Assembly: GCA_018920305.1 (NCBI GenBank)
Contig: JAHLMO010000003.1
Span: 1-62,116, forward strand
Length of the DNA: 62,116 nt
Reading direction: 5' to 3'
Source of the DNA: Candidatus Aenigmatarchaeota archaeon
GTDB lineage: Archaea > Aenigmatarchaeota > Aenigmatarchaeia > CG10238-14 > SpSt-28
Of the stretch, positions 20,096 to 29,888 are shown piece by piece. The notes under the pieces were generated by a model, which was given only the letters and a program-made list of their open reading frames with translations, was not told where the DNA came from and searched no databases. How positions within the stretch are numbered: position 1 is the first letter of the stretch; each line of letters starts with the position of its first letter. The translations under genes and the position numbers were made by a program.

Positions 20096-21961
20096 ATGAA
20101 CGAAATAGAAGAAAAAATAAAGAATAGTCTACCTAAAGAATTTGTAAAAGAAATAGCATTTGAAGGAGCAGAAATAATTATTTATACAACTAATGAAGAG
20201 TTTTTTAAAAATCCCTTCGAATACATTAAAGATTTAATATCTCAGTTAAAAAGAAGAATTGAAGTAAGATTTTATCCTACTTTATGTAAAGATAAAAATT
20301 ATACAATAGAAGTTATAAAAAATACTATTCCAAAAGAAAGTAATTTAAAAGATATTGTCTTTGAAGAAAGTAGAAGTTTAGTTTTTATAGAAGTGGAAAA
20401 TAGTTCTATTGCTATCGGTAAAGATGGTGAAAATATCAAAAAAATTAAAAATGAAACACTTTGGACGCCAAGAATTGAAAGAGTTCCATCTATTCCTTCT
20501 GCATTAATTCCAAATGTAAGAAAATTTGTACATGAAGAAGAAAATTTTAGAAAGAAATTTCTACAAAAAATAGGAGAAAAAATTTTAATAGTTAAACCAA
20601 GTAAAAAGTATTGGATAAGAATAACATTTTTAGGAGGTGCTAGAGAAGTTGGTAGAAGTTGTTTATTAGTAGAAACACCTCAATCAAATATATTGATAGA
20701 TTGTGGAATAAAAGCTGGTATATATAATGAAAATGGTTTTCCAATATTAAATGTAAAGGAATTCGACCTAACTTCTATAGATGGTCTAATTCTTTCTCAT
20801 GCCCATTTAGATCATGCAGGCTTTATTCCGTATTTATACGAATTAGGATTAGATGCACCAATCTACATGACTGAACCAACTTTAGATATTTATACATTAT
20901 TAATAACTGATTTTCTAGATGTAATGCAAAAAAATGCTGTAAATCCTATTTTTGGAGTAAAAGGATTAAAGGAAAGTTTGAAAAGAATAATAACATTAGA
21001 ATATAATGAAGTTACAGATATTACGAATGATGTAAAATTAACGTTCCAGAATGCTGGTCATATAATTGGTTCTTCTATTGTCCATTTACATATAGGAGAT
21101 GGATTACATAACATTATATATGCGCTAGATCAAAAATTTGATAAAACAACTTTATTAGATCCTGCATTTACTAATTTTAAAAGAGCAGAAACATTAATAA
21201 TAGAATCTACATATGGAGCAAAGGAAGATGTAATGCCAAAAAGAAAAGAAAGTGAAAAAGAGCTAATAAATATTATAAACGAAGCTATGAAAAACAATGG
21301 AATAGTGCTAATTCCTAGTTTTGCAGTAGAAAGAGCACAAGACATTATGGCAATACTTGCAAGGGAAAATTTTGAATATCCAGTATTTGTTGATGGAATG
21401 ATTTGGGACGCAACAAGCATATATACAATATATCCAGAATACTTAGGAAAGCATGGAAGAAAACTAATTTTAAAAGATAAAATTTTTAATAAAGATATAT
21501 TTAGAAGAGTTTCAACAAAATCTGAAAGAGAAAAAGTATTAGAAGAAAGACCTGCTGTTATAATTTCAACAAGCGGAATGCTAACTGGTGGACCAAGCAT
21601 TGAATATTTTAAAAGATTGTGCGAAGACGAAAGAAATGTTTTATTATTTGTAGGCTTTCAAGCACAAGGAACATTAGGAAGAAAAATTCTAGAAGGATCT
21701 AAAGAAATTCAGCTAGAAGATAATGGAAGCTTTAGAACTTTCAAAGTTAATATGCAAATAAAATATTTAAAGGGATTAAGTGGACATTCTGATAGAAGAC
21801 AATTACTAGCTTATGTAAATAACTTAGCATCTAAACCAAAAAGAATTTTTGTTGTTCATGGAGAAGAATCAAAAGCAATTAGTTTAGCAAATACTTATCA
21901 AAAAATTTTTGGAATAGAAAGTTATGCACCAAGAAATTTAGAAACTTTAAGAATTCTTTAA
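20096..21961 (+). CDS. aCPSF1: KH-KH / metallo-beta-lactamase / beta-CASP ribonuclease (transcription termination factor FttA type)
   Basis: N-terminal KH modules (IAIGKDGENIKKIKNET), then GGAREVGRSC and LSHAHLDHAGFIPYL (HxHxDH), then beta-CASP and the C-terminal VVHGE. Confidence 0.88.
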   Translation: MNEIEEKIKNSLPKEFVKEIAFEGAEIIIYTTNEEFFKNPFEYIKDLISQLKRRIEVRFYPTLCKDKNYTIEVIKNTIPKESNLKDIVFEESRSLVFIEVENSSIAIGKDGENIKKIKNETLWTPRIERVPSIPSALIPNVRKFVHEEENFRKKFLQKIGEKILIVKPSKKYWIRITFLGGAREVGRSCLLVETPQSNILIDCGIKAGIYNENGFPILNVKEFDLTSIDGLILSHAHLDHAGFIPYLYELGLDAPIYMTEPTLDIYTLLITDFLDVMQKNAVNPIFGVKGLKESLKRIITLEYNEVTDITNDVKLTFQNAGHIIGSSIVHLHIGDGLHNIIYALDQKFDKTTLLDPAFTNFKRAETLIIESTYGAKEDVMPKRKESEKELINIINEAMKNNGIVLIPSFAVERAQDIMAILARENFEYPVFVDGMIWDATSIYTIYPEYLGKHGRKLILKDKIFNKDIFRRVSTKSEREKVLEERPAVIISTSGMLTGGPSIEYFKRLCEDERNVLLFVGFQAQGTLGRKILEGSKEIQLEDNGSFRTFKVNMQIKYLKGLSGHSDRRQLLAYVNNLASKPKRIFVVHGEESKAISLANTYQKIFGIESYAPRNLETLRIL

Positions 21962-22980
21962 GAAGCAATACTAAAGTATAATATAAAGGGTTCTAAAAAT
22001 TTATTATAGTGAAAAGTTACATAAGGTATTAAATTAGTTCTATATCTTTCTAATACTACTGGCTCCTTATGAGAAACTATCGAAAGAATGAGAGATAATA
22101 AAATTTTAGCTTCATTTTCATCTAAATATTTATCTCTATAAAAATTGACAGACCATCCAACAATATTTTTTCCAAAATATGTTAAAGTAATTGCTGCTAT
22201 ATTAGAATTTTGCTGTCTAAAAAGATACATGCTATTTTCGTTTGGCGCGACTACTATATTTGAATTTAAGAGAGGTAATTGAACATTTTCGGAAAATCCA
22301 TATTGATATTTTAAAATTTTATATGCTTTATAAGAAGCTGAATAACCATAAGGAGGTTTTACTAGAATGGCATTTACATTCCCATTATTATTTCCTATAG
22401 TTAAGTTAAAAAGAGAAGAAAGTGCAATTTGATGCCTAGAGAAATAAGTACTATTAATATCGCAAATAAATAAAATTCCATTTACACTCGAATAAATTTT
22501 TAAATCTGTTAAGTAATCAGATAATCTTTCGTCGCATCCAAAAATTAACAATCCATGTCTTTCAAAATCTGTTTTCGTTAAAGGAAAATCTGTTGGAAAA
22601 AAATTTATACTAATATTTCTTCCATTAATTTCTACATTTCTATAAATGTTATTAAGTAAAAGAATTATTTCTTGATCGCAAACGCATGAAATATTAATTT
22701 CACTCTTCCATAAACCATAATCTGCAATTAAAAAATCTGGAGGGATTGATAAATTAATAAATAAAATTTGATAAATTATACTTTTCAAATTTTCATACTT
22801 TATATCGATTTTATATATTTTATCTATTGCAAATAAAATATCATAAGAAATAAATTTTAAGTATTTTTCCTTAGAAAACTCTATTTTAGGAATAGAAAAA
22901 TATAAAACTATAAAAAATATGATAAGAATCGAAGATGCGAGAATAGCATCGTATGTTGAAAATTGTAATTTCATCTTCAT
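21958..22980 (-). CDS. pilin-like / pilus-associated protein with class III signal peptide-like N-terminus (340 aa)
   Basis: MKMKLQFSTYDAILASSILIIFFIVLYF N-terminus. Last gene of the pilus operon, with a 4-nt overlap to the upstream gene. Confidence 0.5.
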   Translation of the reverse strand: MKMKLQFSTYDAILASSILIIFFIVLYFSIPKIEFSKEKYLKFISYDILFAIDKIYKIDIKYENLKSIIYQILFINLSIPPDFLIADYGLWKSEINISCVCDQEIILLLNNIYRNVEINGRNISINFFPTDFPLTKTDFERHGLLIFGCDERLSDYLTDLKIYSSVNGILFICDINSTYFSRHQIALSSLFNLTIGNNNGNVNAILVKPPYGYSASYKAYKILKYQYGFSENVQLPLLNSNIVVAPNENSMYLFRQQNSNIAAITLTYFGKNIVGWSVNFYRDKYLDENEAKILLSLILSIVSHKEPVVLERYRTNLIPYVTFHYNKFLEPFILYFSIAS

Positions 22981-23405
22981 ATTTTTATTCCTATTTCAAA
23001 AATTTTAATTTGATTATCGATTAAAACAACTCTTTTTATAGTTGGTATTCCAGTAATAGTATTACATTTGAGATTATCTATACTTATATAGAATTCTGAA
23101 GATAAAAATAATTCATTTATAACTTTTTTATTATTATTGCAATTATTTATAAAAGATTGTAACTTCGAATAATCTATTTCATTATATTTTCCTGTACCTA
23201 AACCAATAATATCTTTTAAATCTGAGGAACCATTATAATAGATTAGTTGTTGAGAAATTGCAAAAGATCTTAAGAGAGATAGTTCGAAAGAATATTTATC
23301 TATTATATTGAAAAATGTTGAGATTGAAAAAAATAGAACAGAAAAAAGAACTATGAAAAATGTTGAGATTGAAATTAAATAGTCTATAAAACTTTGAAGT
23401 TTCAT
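22977..23405 (-). CDS. pilin-like protein with class III signal peptide-like N-terminus (142 aa)
   Basis: MKLQSFIDYLISISTFFIVLFSVLFF N-terminus, with 4-nt overlaps on both sides. Confidence 0.5.
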   Translation of the reverse strand: MKLQSFIDYLISISTFFIVLFSVLFFSISTFFNIIDKYSFELSLLRSFAISQQLIYYNGSSDLKDIIGLGTGKYNEIDYSKLQSFINNCNNNKKVINELFLSSEFYISIDNLKCNTITGIPTIKRVVLIDNQIKIFEIGIKI

Positions 23406-24307
23406 AGCATTCCTATTTTTCCTAAAGTAAAAAAGAATAAAAAGATTATAATAAAAAGGATTGAAGAATGTAGAATAGATTTTGCAATACTTCTTTCAAC
23501 TCCATAACCTATTATTATACCAGAAAAAATTGCTTGCAATAGTGAAATATTTAATAAAACAGAAAAAATGTAAGCTTCAGAGACACTAAAGTCTTTTTTG
23601 AATATTCTAGCTTCAGAAATATATAAGCTACATATAAAGTCTCTAAAAGACATAAATTCCTCATAAAATAGACATACTGGTTGCGCTGATTCAGAAGTTT
23701 CTAAGAATTGAGAATATATTGGAGTAAGAACCTTTATTAAAACAAAAATTATTGCTGCAAAGATAAATGATATCGCATAAAACATCATCGTAAATTGTGA
23801 AACAATAACTTTTCTTTCTCTTTCTACCTCAACAATTTTTAATATATAATTATAAATAGAGTCTATAGCTTCTTTTAATCCATAACCACTTTTTAATTCG
23901 TATTTTAAAATCTGAAGAGAATTTGTAATTTTCCTATTTTCTTTAAAAATATTTATTAAATAATTAAAAGCATTATCTATATTTACTCCCGCTTCTAACT
24001 TTCTTTTAAAAACTCTAAAATATTTCGTTATTTCTCCATATCTTTCTTTACATATTTCTATTATAGCTTTAATTGGTGCAATACCGACTTCTACACTTCT
24101 TGACAAGTTCTTAAAAAAAACCGGAAAATATCTATCAGCTACAGATATTTCCAACTCCTTTTTTAATATCTCATATCCTAATAAAATTAAATGAAAAAAT
24201 AAGAATACTAAAAAGAGCGGTATAATAGAAGTTGGATCGAATAAGTAAATAATAATCGCAATTACTAAAAATATTGGTACTGAAACTTTTAAAATTTTCG
24301 TTATCAT
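23402..24307 (-). CDS. type IV pilus/archaellum platform protein, C-terminal half (single T2SS-F / TadC-like module)
   Basis: N-terminal TM helices, a soluble helical module (VGIAPIKAIIEICKERYGEITKYFRVFKRKLEAGVNIDNAF...LKSGYGLKEAIDSI), then C-terminal TM helices. This is one GspF/FlaJ repeat. Confidence 0.65.
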   Translation of the reverse strand: MITKILKVSVPIFLVIAIIIYLFDPTSIIPLFLVFLFFHLILLGYEILKKELEISVADRYFPVFFKNLSRSVEVGIAPIKAIIEICKERYGEITKYFRVFKRKLEAGVNIDNAFNYLINIFKENRKITNSLQILKYELKSGYGLKEAIDSIYNYILKIVEVERERKVIVSQFTMMFYAISFIFAAIIFVLIKVLTPIYSQFLETSESAQPVCLFYEEFMSFRDFICSLYISEARIFKKDFSVSEAYIFSVLLNISLLQAIFSGIIIGYGVERSIAKSILHSSILFIIIFLFFFTLGKIGML

Positions 24308-25164
24308 ATTATTATTGTTTTAATTAATTGAGCTATCATTAAACTAACTAAAGGTATAAGAATAAAAGTTAAAAAAAATTGAATTTCTACAATTCCTTCC
24401 ATCGGCTGAACTAATGAAAAGATAGAAATAATAAGATTAATAAACATTCCCCCAATTACTAAAGCTATCAAATAGATTTGAATAATCATAGCAGCCTTTC
24501 TTCCACTTTCTCTTATTTTATTTCTATATTCTTCAATTTCATCTTTTGCAAACGTAGATACATAATTTTTAATACTTCCACCGCTTTTTATTGTTGATGA
24601 TAATCCAAACAAAAATCTTGTTAATTTTGTAGAAGGGGTTAATTCTATTTTTTTATCTATTGCTGATATAATATCTAATCCTCCAAATTCCATTAGTTTT
24701 ATTATATCGTTAAGCTCTTTAGAAAGTTTATATTGTGGATTTGATCTAATAAAATTGTTTATTGATACATGTAATGGAGTTTTGTCATTTACAAAAACGC
24801 TAAAAGTATAAAGAGATTCATGCAACTCTCTATCTATAGCTCTAGATAAATTACTTACCTTTATAGATGGTAATTTTATATAAATTAAAAAAGTAAAAAC
24901 ACTTAAAATAGATGAAAATAAAAAAGATATAGAAAGAGATGAAATAATGTCTTTAATTAACAAATTTAGAAATATTGTTAAAAATGTTATTGAAAAAGAA
25001 AAAGTTAAAAATGCAATAGCTATACTTTTAGCTATATAAAATTCGGCAGATTCTTTATATCTTAAAATTTTTAATTCTCTTGGTAAATTTTCAAAATAAT
25101 TTTTTATAAAATCAATTAAACCTGGAAAAGAGTTATAGAAAAACGATGCAGATTGAGTAATCAT
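24304..25164 (-). CDS. type IV pilus/archaellum platform protein, N-terminal half (single T2SS-F / TadB-like module)
   Basis: TM helices plus the module LMEFGGLDIISAIDKKIELTPSTKLTRFLFGLSSTIKSGGSIKNYV, then TM helices. This is one GspF/FlaJ repeat, lying directly downstream of the ATPase. Confidence 0.65.
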   Translation of the reverse strand: MITQSASFFYNSFPGLIDFIKNYFENLPRELKILRYKESAEFYIAKSIAIAFLTFSFSITFLTIFLNLLIKDIISSLSISFLFSSILSVFTFLIYIKLPSIKVSNLSRAIDRELHESLYTFSVFVNDKTPLHVSINNFIRSNPQYKLSKELNDIIKLMEFGGLDIISAIDKKIELTPSTKLTRFLFGLSSTIKSGGSIKNYVSTFAKDEIEEYRNKIRESGRKAAMIIQIYLIALVIGGMFINLIISIFSLVQPMEGIVEIQFFLTFILIPLVSLMIAQLIKTIII

Positions 25165-26840
25165 AGAAATGTGGAAATATATTCTAGTAAGGCTTCTTTG
25201 TTTATATGATAAAGATTAACTATTTTATAGAAACTTTCTAAATCTCTTATATCGTTTTTATACATAAAATCTAATACTTTAGCTCTATTTAGTATTTCTT
25301 CTTTAATTTCACTTTCTGATAAACCAAAGTTTTGAGAAATTTTATAAAGAGTATAACTTTTAGAAGTTATTTTAAATTTATCCTCAAATGGATCCCATCT
25401 AAAAATATTTCTGTAATAAACTCTTTTTTCATCTGCAGCTAAAATTTCTACTATATCAGAAACTCTTCTTGTAATTTTATCTTTGTAAAATAATCTTTTT
25501 ACGAAGATAACTAAATCTAAAATTTCTATTAAAGAAGAGCTTAGCTCTATTGGTTTTGTTTTTAATCTATCTATTAATTTTGTCATGTCTTCTGCATGTA
25601 TAGTAGCTAAACCTGTATGACCAGTTGCCATTCCTTGAAATAGAACATTTGCCTCTACTCCTCTAACTTCTCCAACTATTATGTAATCTGGTCTTTGTCT
25701 TAAAGCAGCTCTTATTAATTCAAACAAATCTACTTCACCTTCTTTTCCAGTAGAAATAGAAACTCTTGCAACATGTTGAATCCAATGAGTATGTGGTAAT
25801 TTAATTTCTGGAGTATCTTCTATAGAAACTATTTTCTTTTCATATTTTATAAAAGATGAAATTACATTTAATAATGTAGTTTTACCAGTACCAGTACCAC
25901 CAGAAATTAATATATTTCTTCCATAATCTATACAAAACCATAAATAAGCTAATGATAATGCATCTATTGTTCTTGATTTAATTAAATCTATTGGCGTTAA
26001 AACTTTTTTTGGAAATTTTCTAATTGTAAAGTTGGAACCTCTTATAGCTATATCAGTTTCTAAAGTCGCTTGTAATCTACTTCCATCTGGTAATATCCCA
26101 TCAACTAAAGGTTGAGCCAAGTTTATTGTCTTTCCACATTTTTGTGCTAATCTAATTACTAGCGAATCTAATTCCTCTCTATTATTGATAATTATATTCG
26201 TTTGAATACTTCCTAATTTCGGATTTTTATGAACTATAAATATCGGAATCGCTAAACCATCACAACTAATATCTTCTATATTAGGATCTTTCATTAAGAC
26301 ATCTATAACTCCATAACCAATTAAATCCCTTTCAATATAATACCATATTTTATCGATTTCATCTTTAGACAATGAATAATTTTTTATTAAAGCCGAAAAT
26401 ATTTCTCTGACTTCTTGCTCATATGGTAATTCAAATTTTTCTCCCAAAAAGATTAAAATTTTTTCTTTTAATTCTTTAAGAAGTTGTTTTTCTTTTTCAT
26501 TTAATTCTGATTCAATAACATTATAAATATATCTCCCCTTTTCTAAAACTATTCTTACCAAAGCTAAAGTTTTTCCGTCTCTAACTACTATCGGATATTC
26601 TTCTATTATTCCCTCTTTTTTTATTTCTTCTTCTAAAAATTCAAAGAAATAATATGGAATTTCTATACCTGGGAATTCTAATTCTTTTTGTTTAGCCCTT
26701 CTTTCTATTTTCCTCCTTAATGCCCTAATTTTTGCTTTCATTTTTGCCTCTATCATAGCATTCATTCGAGAAAGAATAATCGGTGTTTGTGTTTCAAAAT
26801 ATGTTTTTACACCTTTTAATAATCTTTTTCCAATTACCAT
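25161..26840 (-). CDS. type IV pilus / archaellum-type secretion ATPase (PilB/FlaI/VirB11 superfamily)
   Basis: Walker A ISGGTGTGKTTLLN, Asp box IVSIEDTPEI, Walker B RQRPDYIIVGEVRG, His box GHTGLATIHA. Confidence 0.88.
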   Translation of the reverse strand: MVIGKRLLKGVKTYFETQTPIILSRMNAMIEAKMKAKIRALRRKIERRAKQKELEFPGIEIPYYFFEFLEEEIKKEGIIEEYPIVVRDGKTLALVRIVLEKGRYIYNVIESELNEKEKQLLKELKEKILIFLGEKFELPYEQEVREIFSALIKNYSLSKDEIDKIWYYIERDLIGYGVIDVLMKDPNIEDISCDGLAIPIFIVHKNPKLGSIQTNIIINNREELDSLVIRLAQKCGKTINLAQPLVDGILPDGSRLQATLETDIAIRGSNFTIRKFPKKVLTPIDLIKSRTIDALSLAYLWFCIDYGRNILISGGTGTGKTTLLNVISSFIKYEKKIVSIEDTPEIKLPHTHWIQHVARVSISTGKEGEVDLFELIRAALRQRPDYIIVGEVRGVEANVLFQGMATGHTGLATIHAEDMTKLIDRLKTKPIELSSSLIEILDLVIFVKRLFYKDKITRRVSDIVEILAADEKRVYYRNIFRWDPFEDKFKITSKSYTLYKISQNFGLSESEIKEEILNRAKVLDFMYKNDIRDLESFYKIVNLYHINKEALLEYISTFL

Positions 26841-26880
26841 AAATATTAATTTATTAGTTTAACCTTAATATTAATCTTTT

Positions 26881-27312
26881 TTATATGTTCTTTATAGTTA
26901 TAACATTATTTATTTTGTTAAATTCAAAGAAAATTCTTTTTGTTGAAGCCGCATAAATATCGTATACAAATTTTTTCGAATAATTAAAAAGTCCTGAAGA
27001 AATAATAGAAGAAGAAAATAGTTCTTCATATTTTATTTTAGAACTATCTGAAGAAATTAAAATTAGAAAATTGTGAGTTCTAAAAGAAGTATTAATATTA
27101 ATAATATAGCTAACTTTACAATAATCACAAACAGAGTTAAAAATTAAGATAGGAGATTCGAAAATATTTAGCACCGAATACATGTTTAACTTATTAAAAT
27201 TTTTAGAAATAAAATCACTTAAGAAGTAAAAATAGTATATTAGAAAAGATAAAATAGTAAATATAATAAGAACAAAAGATAAATAGGAAATTATTTCAGC
27301 TTGAAACTTCAT
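26881..27312 (-). CDS. pilin-like protein with class III signal peptide-like N-terminus (143 aa)
   Basis: MKFQAEIISYLSFVLIIFTILSFLIYY N-terminus, upstream of the ATPase. Confidence 0.5.
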   Translation of the reverse strand: MKFQAEIISYLSFVLIIFTILSFLIYYFYFLSDFISKNFNKLNMYSVLNIFESPILIFNSVCDYCKVSYIININTSFRTHNFLILISSDSSKIKYEELFSSSIISSGLFNYSKKFVYDIYAASTKRIFFEFNKINNVITIKNI

Positions 27313-27315
27313 TTT

Positions 27316-27930
27316 TTATCTAACCCAAAAAATAATTATTCCCTCTTTTTCATTTATATCTCTTATTTCACTAGATAGATAAATAAATTTTGTCTGAAAA
27401 TAATATGATCTAATATTAGGATCAAAATTTGTAACATTAAATGTTATATTATATATTTTATCTTTCATTCTTAACTTTTTTAAGAAAACACCATACTTTA
27501 CTATAAAACTATCTCCTATTCTTTCAGAAGATACTTTTACTTCATAGAAACCTTCATGAATTTCGCATACTTCTTTTCCACAACCATAAATTGTAACCCA
27601 TTCTTCAGAATTTATAGGAGAAACCCTCGAAACAAAATAAAAAATTATACTACTTGGTTCATTAGTTGCAAAATTAGCAACAGTAATATTCCAAGAACCA
27701 TCATAACCACCAATTTTTTCTGTTGTTTTTCTAAATAACGAATTTTTCATTTTGTTTACTATAGAATTTGAAGATTCCTCGCTAAATAAATCGTTAAAAA
27801 TTAAATTTATTTTCATTTCATCCTGTCTTTTTTGTAGGTATGGTAATCCCCAAAAAAGAATTAGAGAAATTAAAGAAAAAATTAATAAAACAATTAAAAG
27901 ATAAGAAACAATCTCTGAAATTGCCTTCAT
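27316..27930 (-). CDS. pilin-like protein with class III signal peptide-like N-terminus (204 aa)
   Basis: MKAISEIVSYLLIVLLIFSLISLILFWG N-terminus. First pilin-like gene of the operon. Confidence 0.5.
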   Translation of the reverse strand: MKAISEIVSYLLIVLLIFSLISLILFWGLPYLQKRQDEMKINLIFNDLFSEESSNSIVNKMKNSLFRKTTEKIGGYDGSWNITVANFATNEPSSIIFYFVSRVSPINSEEWVTIYGCGKEVCEIHEGFYEVKVSSERIGDSFIVKYGVFLKKLRMKDKIYNITFNVTNFDPNIRSYYFQTKFIYLSSEIRDINEKEGIIIFWVR

Positions 27931-27964
27931 AAAAATATTAAATAATATAGTTAGATAAAGATAA

Positions 27965-28486
27965 TTATTTTTCTAGTGGTATTAAAGATTCTTTCTTTAT
28001 AGGTATTCTAATTTGCTGAAGTTCTAAAGGTATAGAAGGTTTTGGTTTTTCTTCAGACGATGCTAATAAAGTTAATCTTTTATCTATTTTATTTTCTAGA
28101 CTCTTTAATTGTTCTGTTGTTTGCTTATTCACTTCAATTAATGTTTTAATTCCTTCAGAAATTTCTGACATTTTCTTTATCAATGGTCTAAACGCTTCTG
28201 TGCCTATTGTTTCCTGAAAAACAGAAGATTTTATAAAGTTCAATAATTCATTCATTTGAGCCACTAAAGAATCTAATTTTGGATATAACTTAGAAATTTC
28301 TAATTTTAGAGCTTCATTAGATTTTACAACTTCATCAATTATTAGTTGATTAACTTTTATTATATCAACTATTTCTTTTAGAAATGTTTCTCCACTTCTT
28401 TTATTAATTTCCTGCTCTAATCTTTCTAATCTTCTTTCCAATCTTCTTAATGGTGTAGAAGGTAAAAGTTCAAATTCTTCATCCAT
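27965..28486 (-). CDS. hypothetical coiled-coil protein (173 aa)
   Basis: Heptad-rich sequence (RRLERRLERLEQEINKR...). Same strand as, and immediately upstream of, the pilus operon. No motif recognised. Confidence 0.5.
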   Translation of the reverse strand: MDEEFELLPSTPLRRLERRLERLEQEINKRSGETFLKEIVDIIKVNQLIIDEVVKSNEALKLEISKLYPKLDSLVAQMNELLNFIKSSVFQETIGTEAFRPLIKKMSEISEGIKTLIEVNKQTTEQLKSLENKIDKRLTLLASSEEKPKPSIPLELQQIRIPIKKESLIPLEK

Positions 28487-28542
28487 AATTCATATATGTT
28501 AAAATATATATTTATACTTTTTGGTTTATCTTTATTGTTTAC

Positions 28543-29568
28543 TTATCTATTAAACCATAAAGATAATGATGTTTGCCTCGATTTTTTAGAGGCTTCTTCT
28601 AATTTTTCTAATGCGTTTAAAACTCTTTCTTCACTAAAATTTCTTTCTTCTACCATAAACTTAATTATCTTTTCTTTATCCATAGGTTTAAAAGTAATCT
28701 CAATTTTTTCTTCTACTTCAGGATTTAGAAAGAAATTATAAATTTCTTCAACTTCATCTGGTAATTTTAGATAATTTTTAATTCTTTCAAAAGTCTTTAA
28801 TTCCCTAACTAATTCTAATGCTTTTTTTGGTCCATAACCTTTAACGCCTTCAAAGTAATCGCAACCAACAATTATTCCGATAAGAATTAATTGTTCTCTC
28901 GTTATTCTATATTTTTGAAGTAAGGCATTAAGTTCTATTATTTCTGGTTTTATTTCTACATAGATTTCTTTTTTTGGTAACTTTCTTTTTCCAGTAAGAT
29001 TTAAATTTCTTATTAATCTTGTTGATCCAAAAAGTAAAGAATCGTAATCTTGAGATGCAGATGCATAGGCATAACCTTTATTAACTAAATAGGCTGTTTG
29101 AGCTTCTCCCTCGCTTTTTGCTTGAACATATGGTAAACCCATATAACTTAGCAATTCTTTCGTCTCTTCAACCATTTCCTTAGTCAATATACTAGCTGCT
29201 TTAGCATACGTTATTGCTTCCTCCCCTTTTTCTAATGCTTCTTGCCATTTCTTAAATGCTTCCTCTCTCATTTTTTGTCTTCTTTCAATTTCTTTTAATT
29301 TAAATTTTGGTGGTTCGCCATCAAATACATATATTGGTTTAATACCATTTTCTAATAAATTTATAGTCCTATAGAAAATTCCAGAAATATGAGAAGTTAT
29401 TCTACCTTTTGAATCTCTTAATGGCTCGCCAGTATCTTTATCTCTTATTATAGATAAAAATTGATAAAGAGTGTTGTATGCATCAATCGCTATTATTTTA
29501 TTTGATAGTGAACTTAATTCTACTTCTTGCTTTATATCTTCAACTAAATCTTTTATATCTACTCCCAT
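28543..29568 (-). CDS. fen: flap endonuclease 1
   Basis: MGVDIKDLV...IAIDAYNTLYQFLS...GEPPKFK...SEGEAQTAYL...ASQDYDSLLFG...H3TH GIIVGCDY, with a C-terminal PIP-like LSLWF. Confidence 0.9.
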   Translation of the reverse strand: MGVDIKDLVEDIKQEVELSSLSNKIIAIDAYNTLYQFLSIIRDKDTGEPLRDSKGRITSHISGIFYRTINLLENGIKPIYVFDGEPPKFKLKEIERRQKMREEAFKKWQEALEKGEEAITYAKAASILTKEMVEETKELLSYMGLPYVQAKSEGEAQTAYLVNKGYAYASASQDYDSLLFGSTRLIRNLNLTGKRKLPKKEIYVEIKPEIIELNALLQKYRITREQLILIGIIVGCDYFEGVKGYGPKKALELVRELKTFERIKNYLKLPDEVEEIYNFFLNPEVEEKIEITFKPMDKEKIIKFMVEERNFSEERVLNALEKLEEASKKSRQTSLSLWFNR

Positions 29569-29847
29569 TTACTCCTTTTTCTTTTTTGATTTTTTCTTTT
29601 CTTCAGCTTCTTTTTCTTCTTTTTCTAACTCTCTTTTTAATTCTTTTTCTATTTTCCATTCGTCATAATACAACCATGCTATAAATATTCCTAAAATTAC
29701 TGCCAATATTGGTATTGCTCCATTTAATACTATTTTTACATCTTCTAGTGCTGGACTTATTCCTAAGAAAGGAATTCCTTTGAATATATAGTATACTCCT
29801 AAAACTGCTATTATTATTCCTATGAAGGATTTTACTAAAGGATGCAT
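29569..29847 (-). CDS. small membrane protein with Lys/Glu-rich tail (92 aa)
   Basis: Two hydrophobic helices, then EKELKRELEKEEKEAEEKKKSKKKKE. It abuts the fen start codon. Confidence 0.5.
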   Translation of the reverse strand: MHPLVKSFIGIIIAVLGVYYIFKGIPFLGISPALEDVKIVLNGAIPILAVILGIFIAWLYYDEWKIEKELKRELEKEEKEAEEKKKSKKKKE

Positions 29848-29888
29848 AAAATAATTAAAGAAAAATCTATTTATTCCTTTAACTTTTT

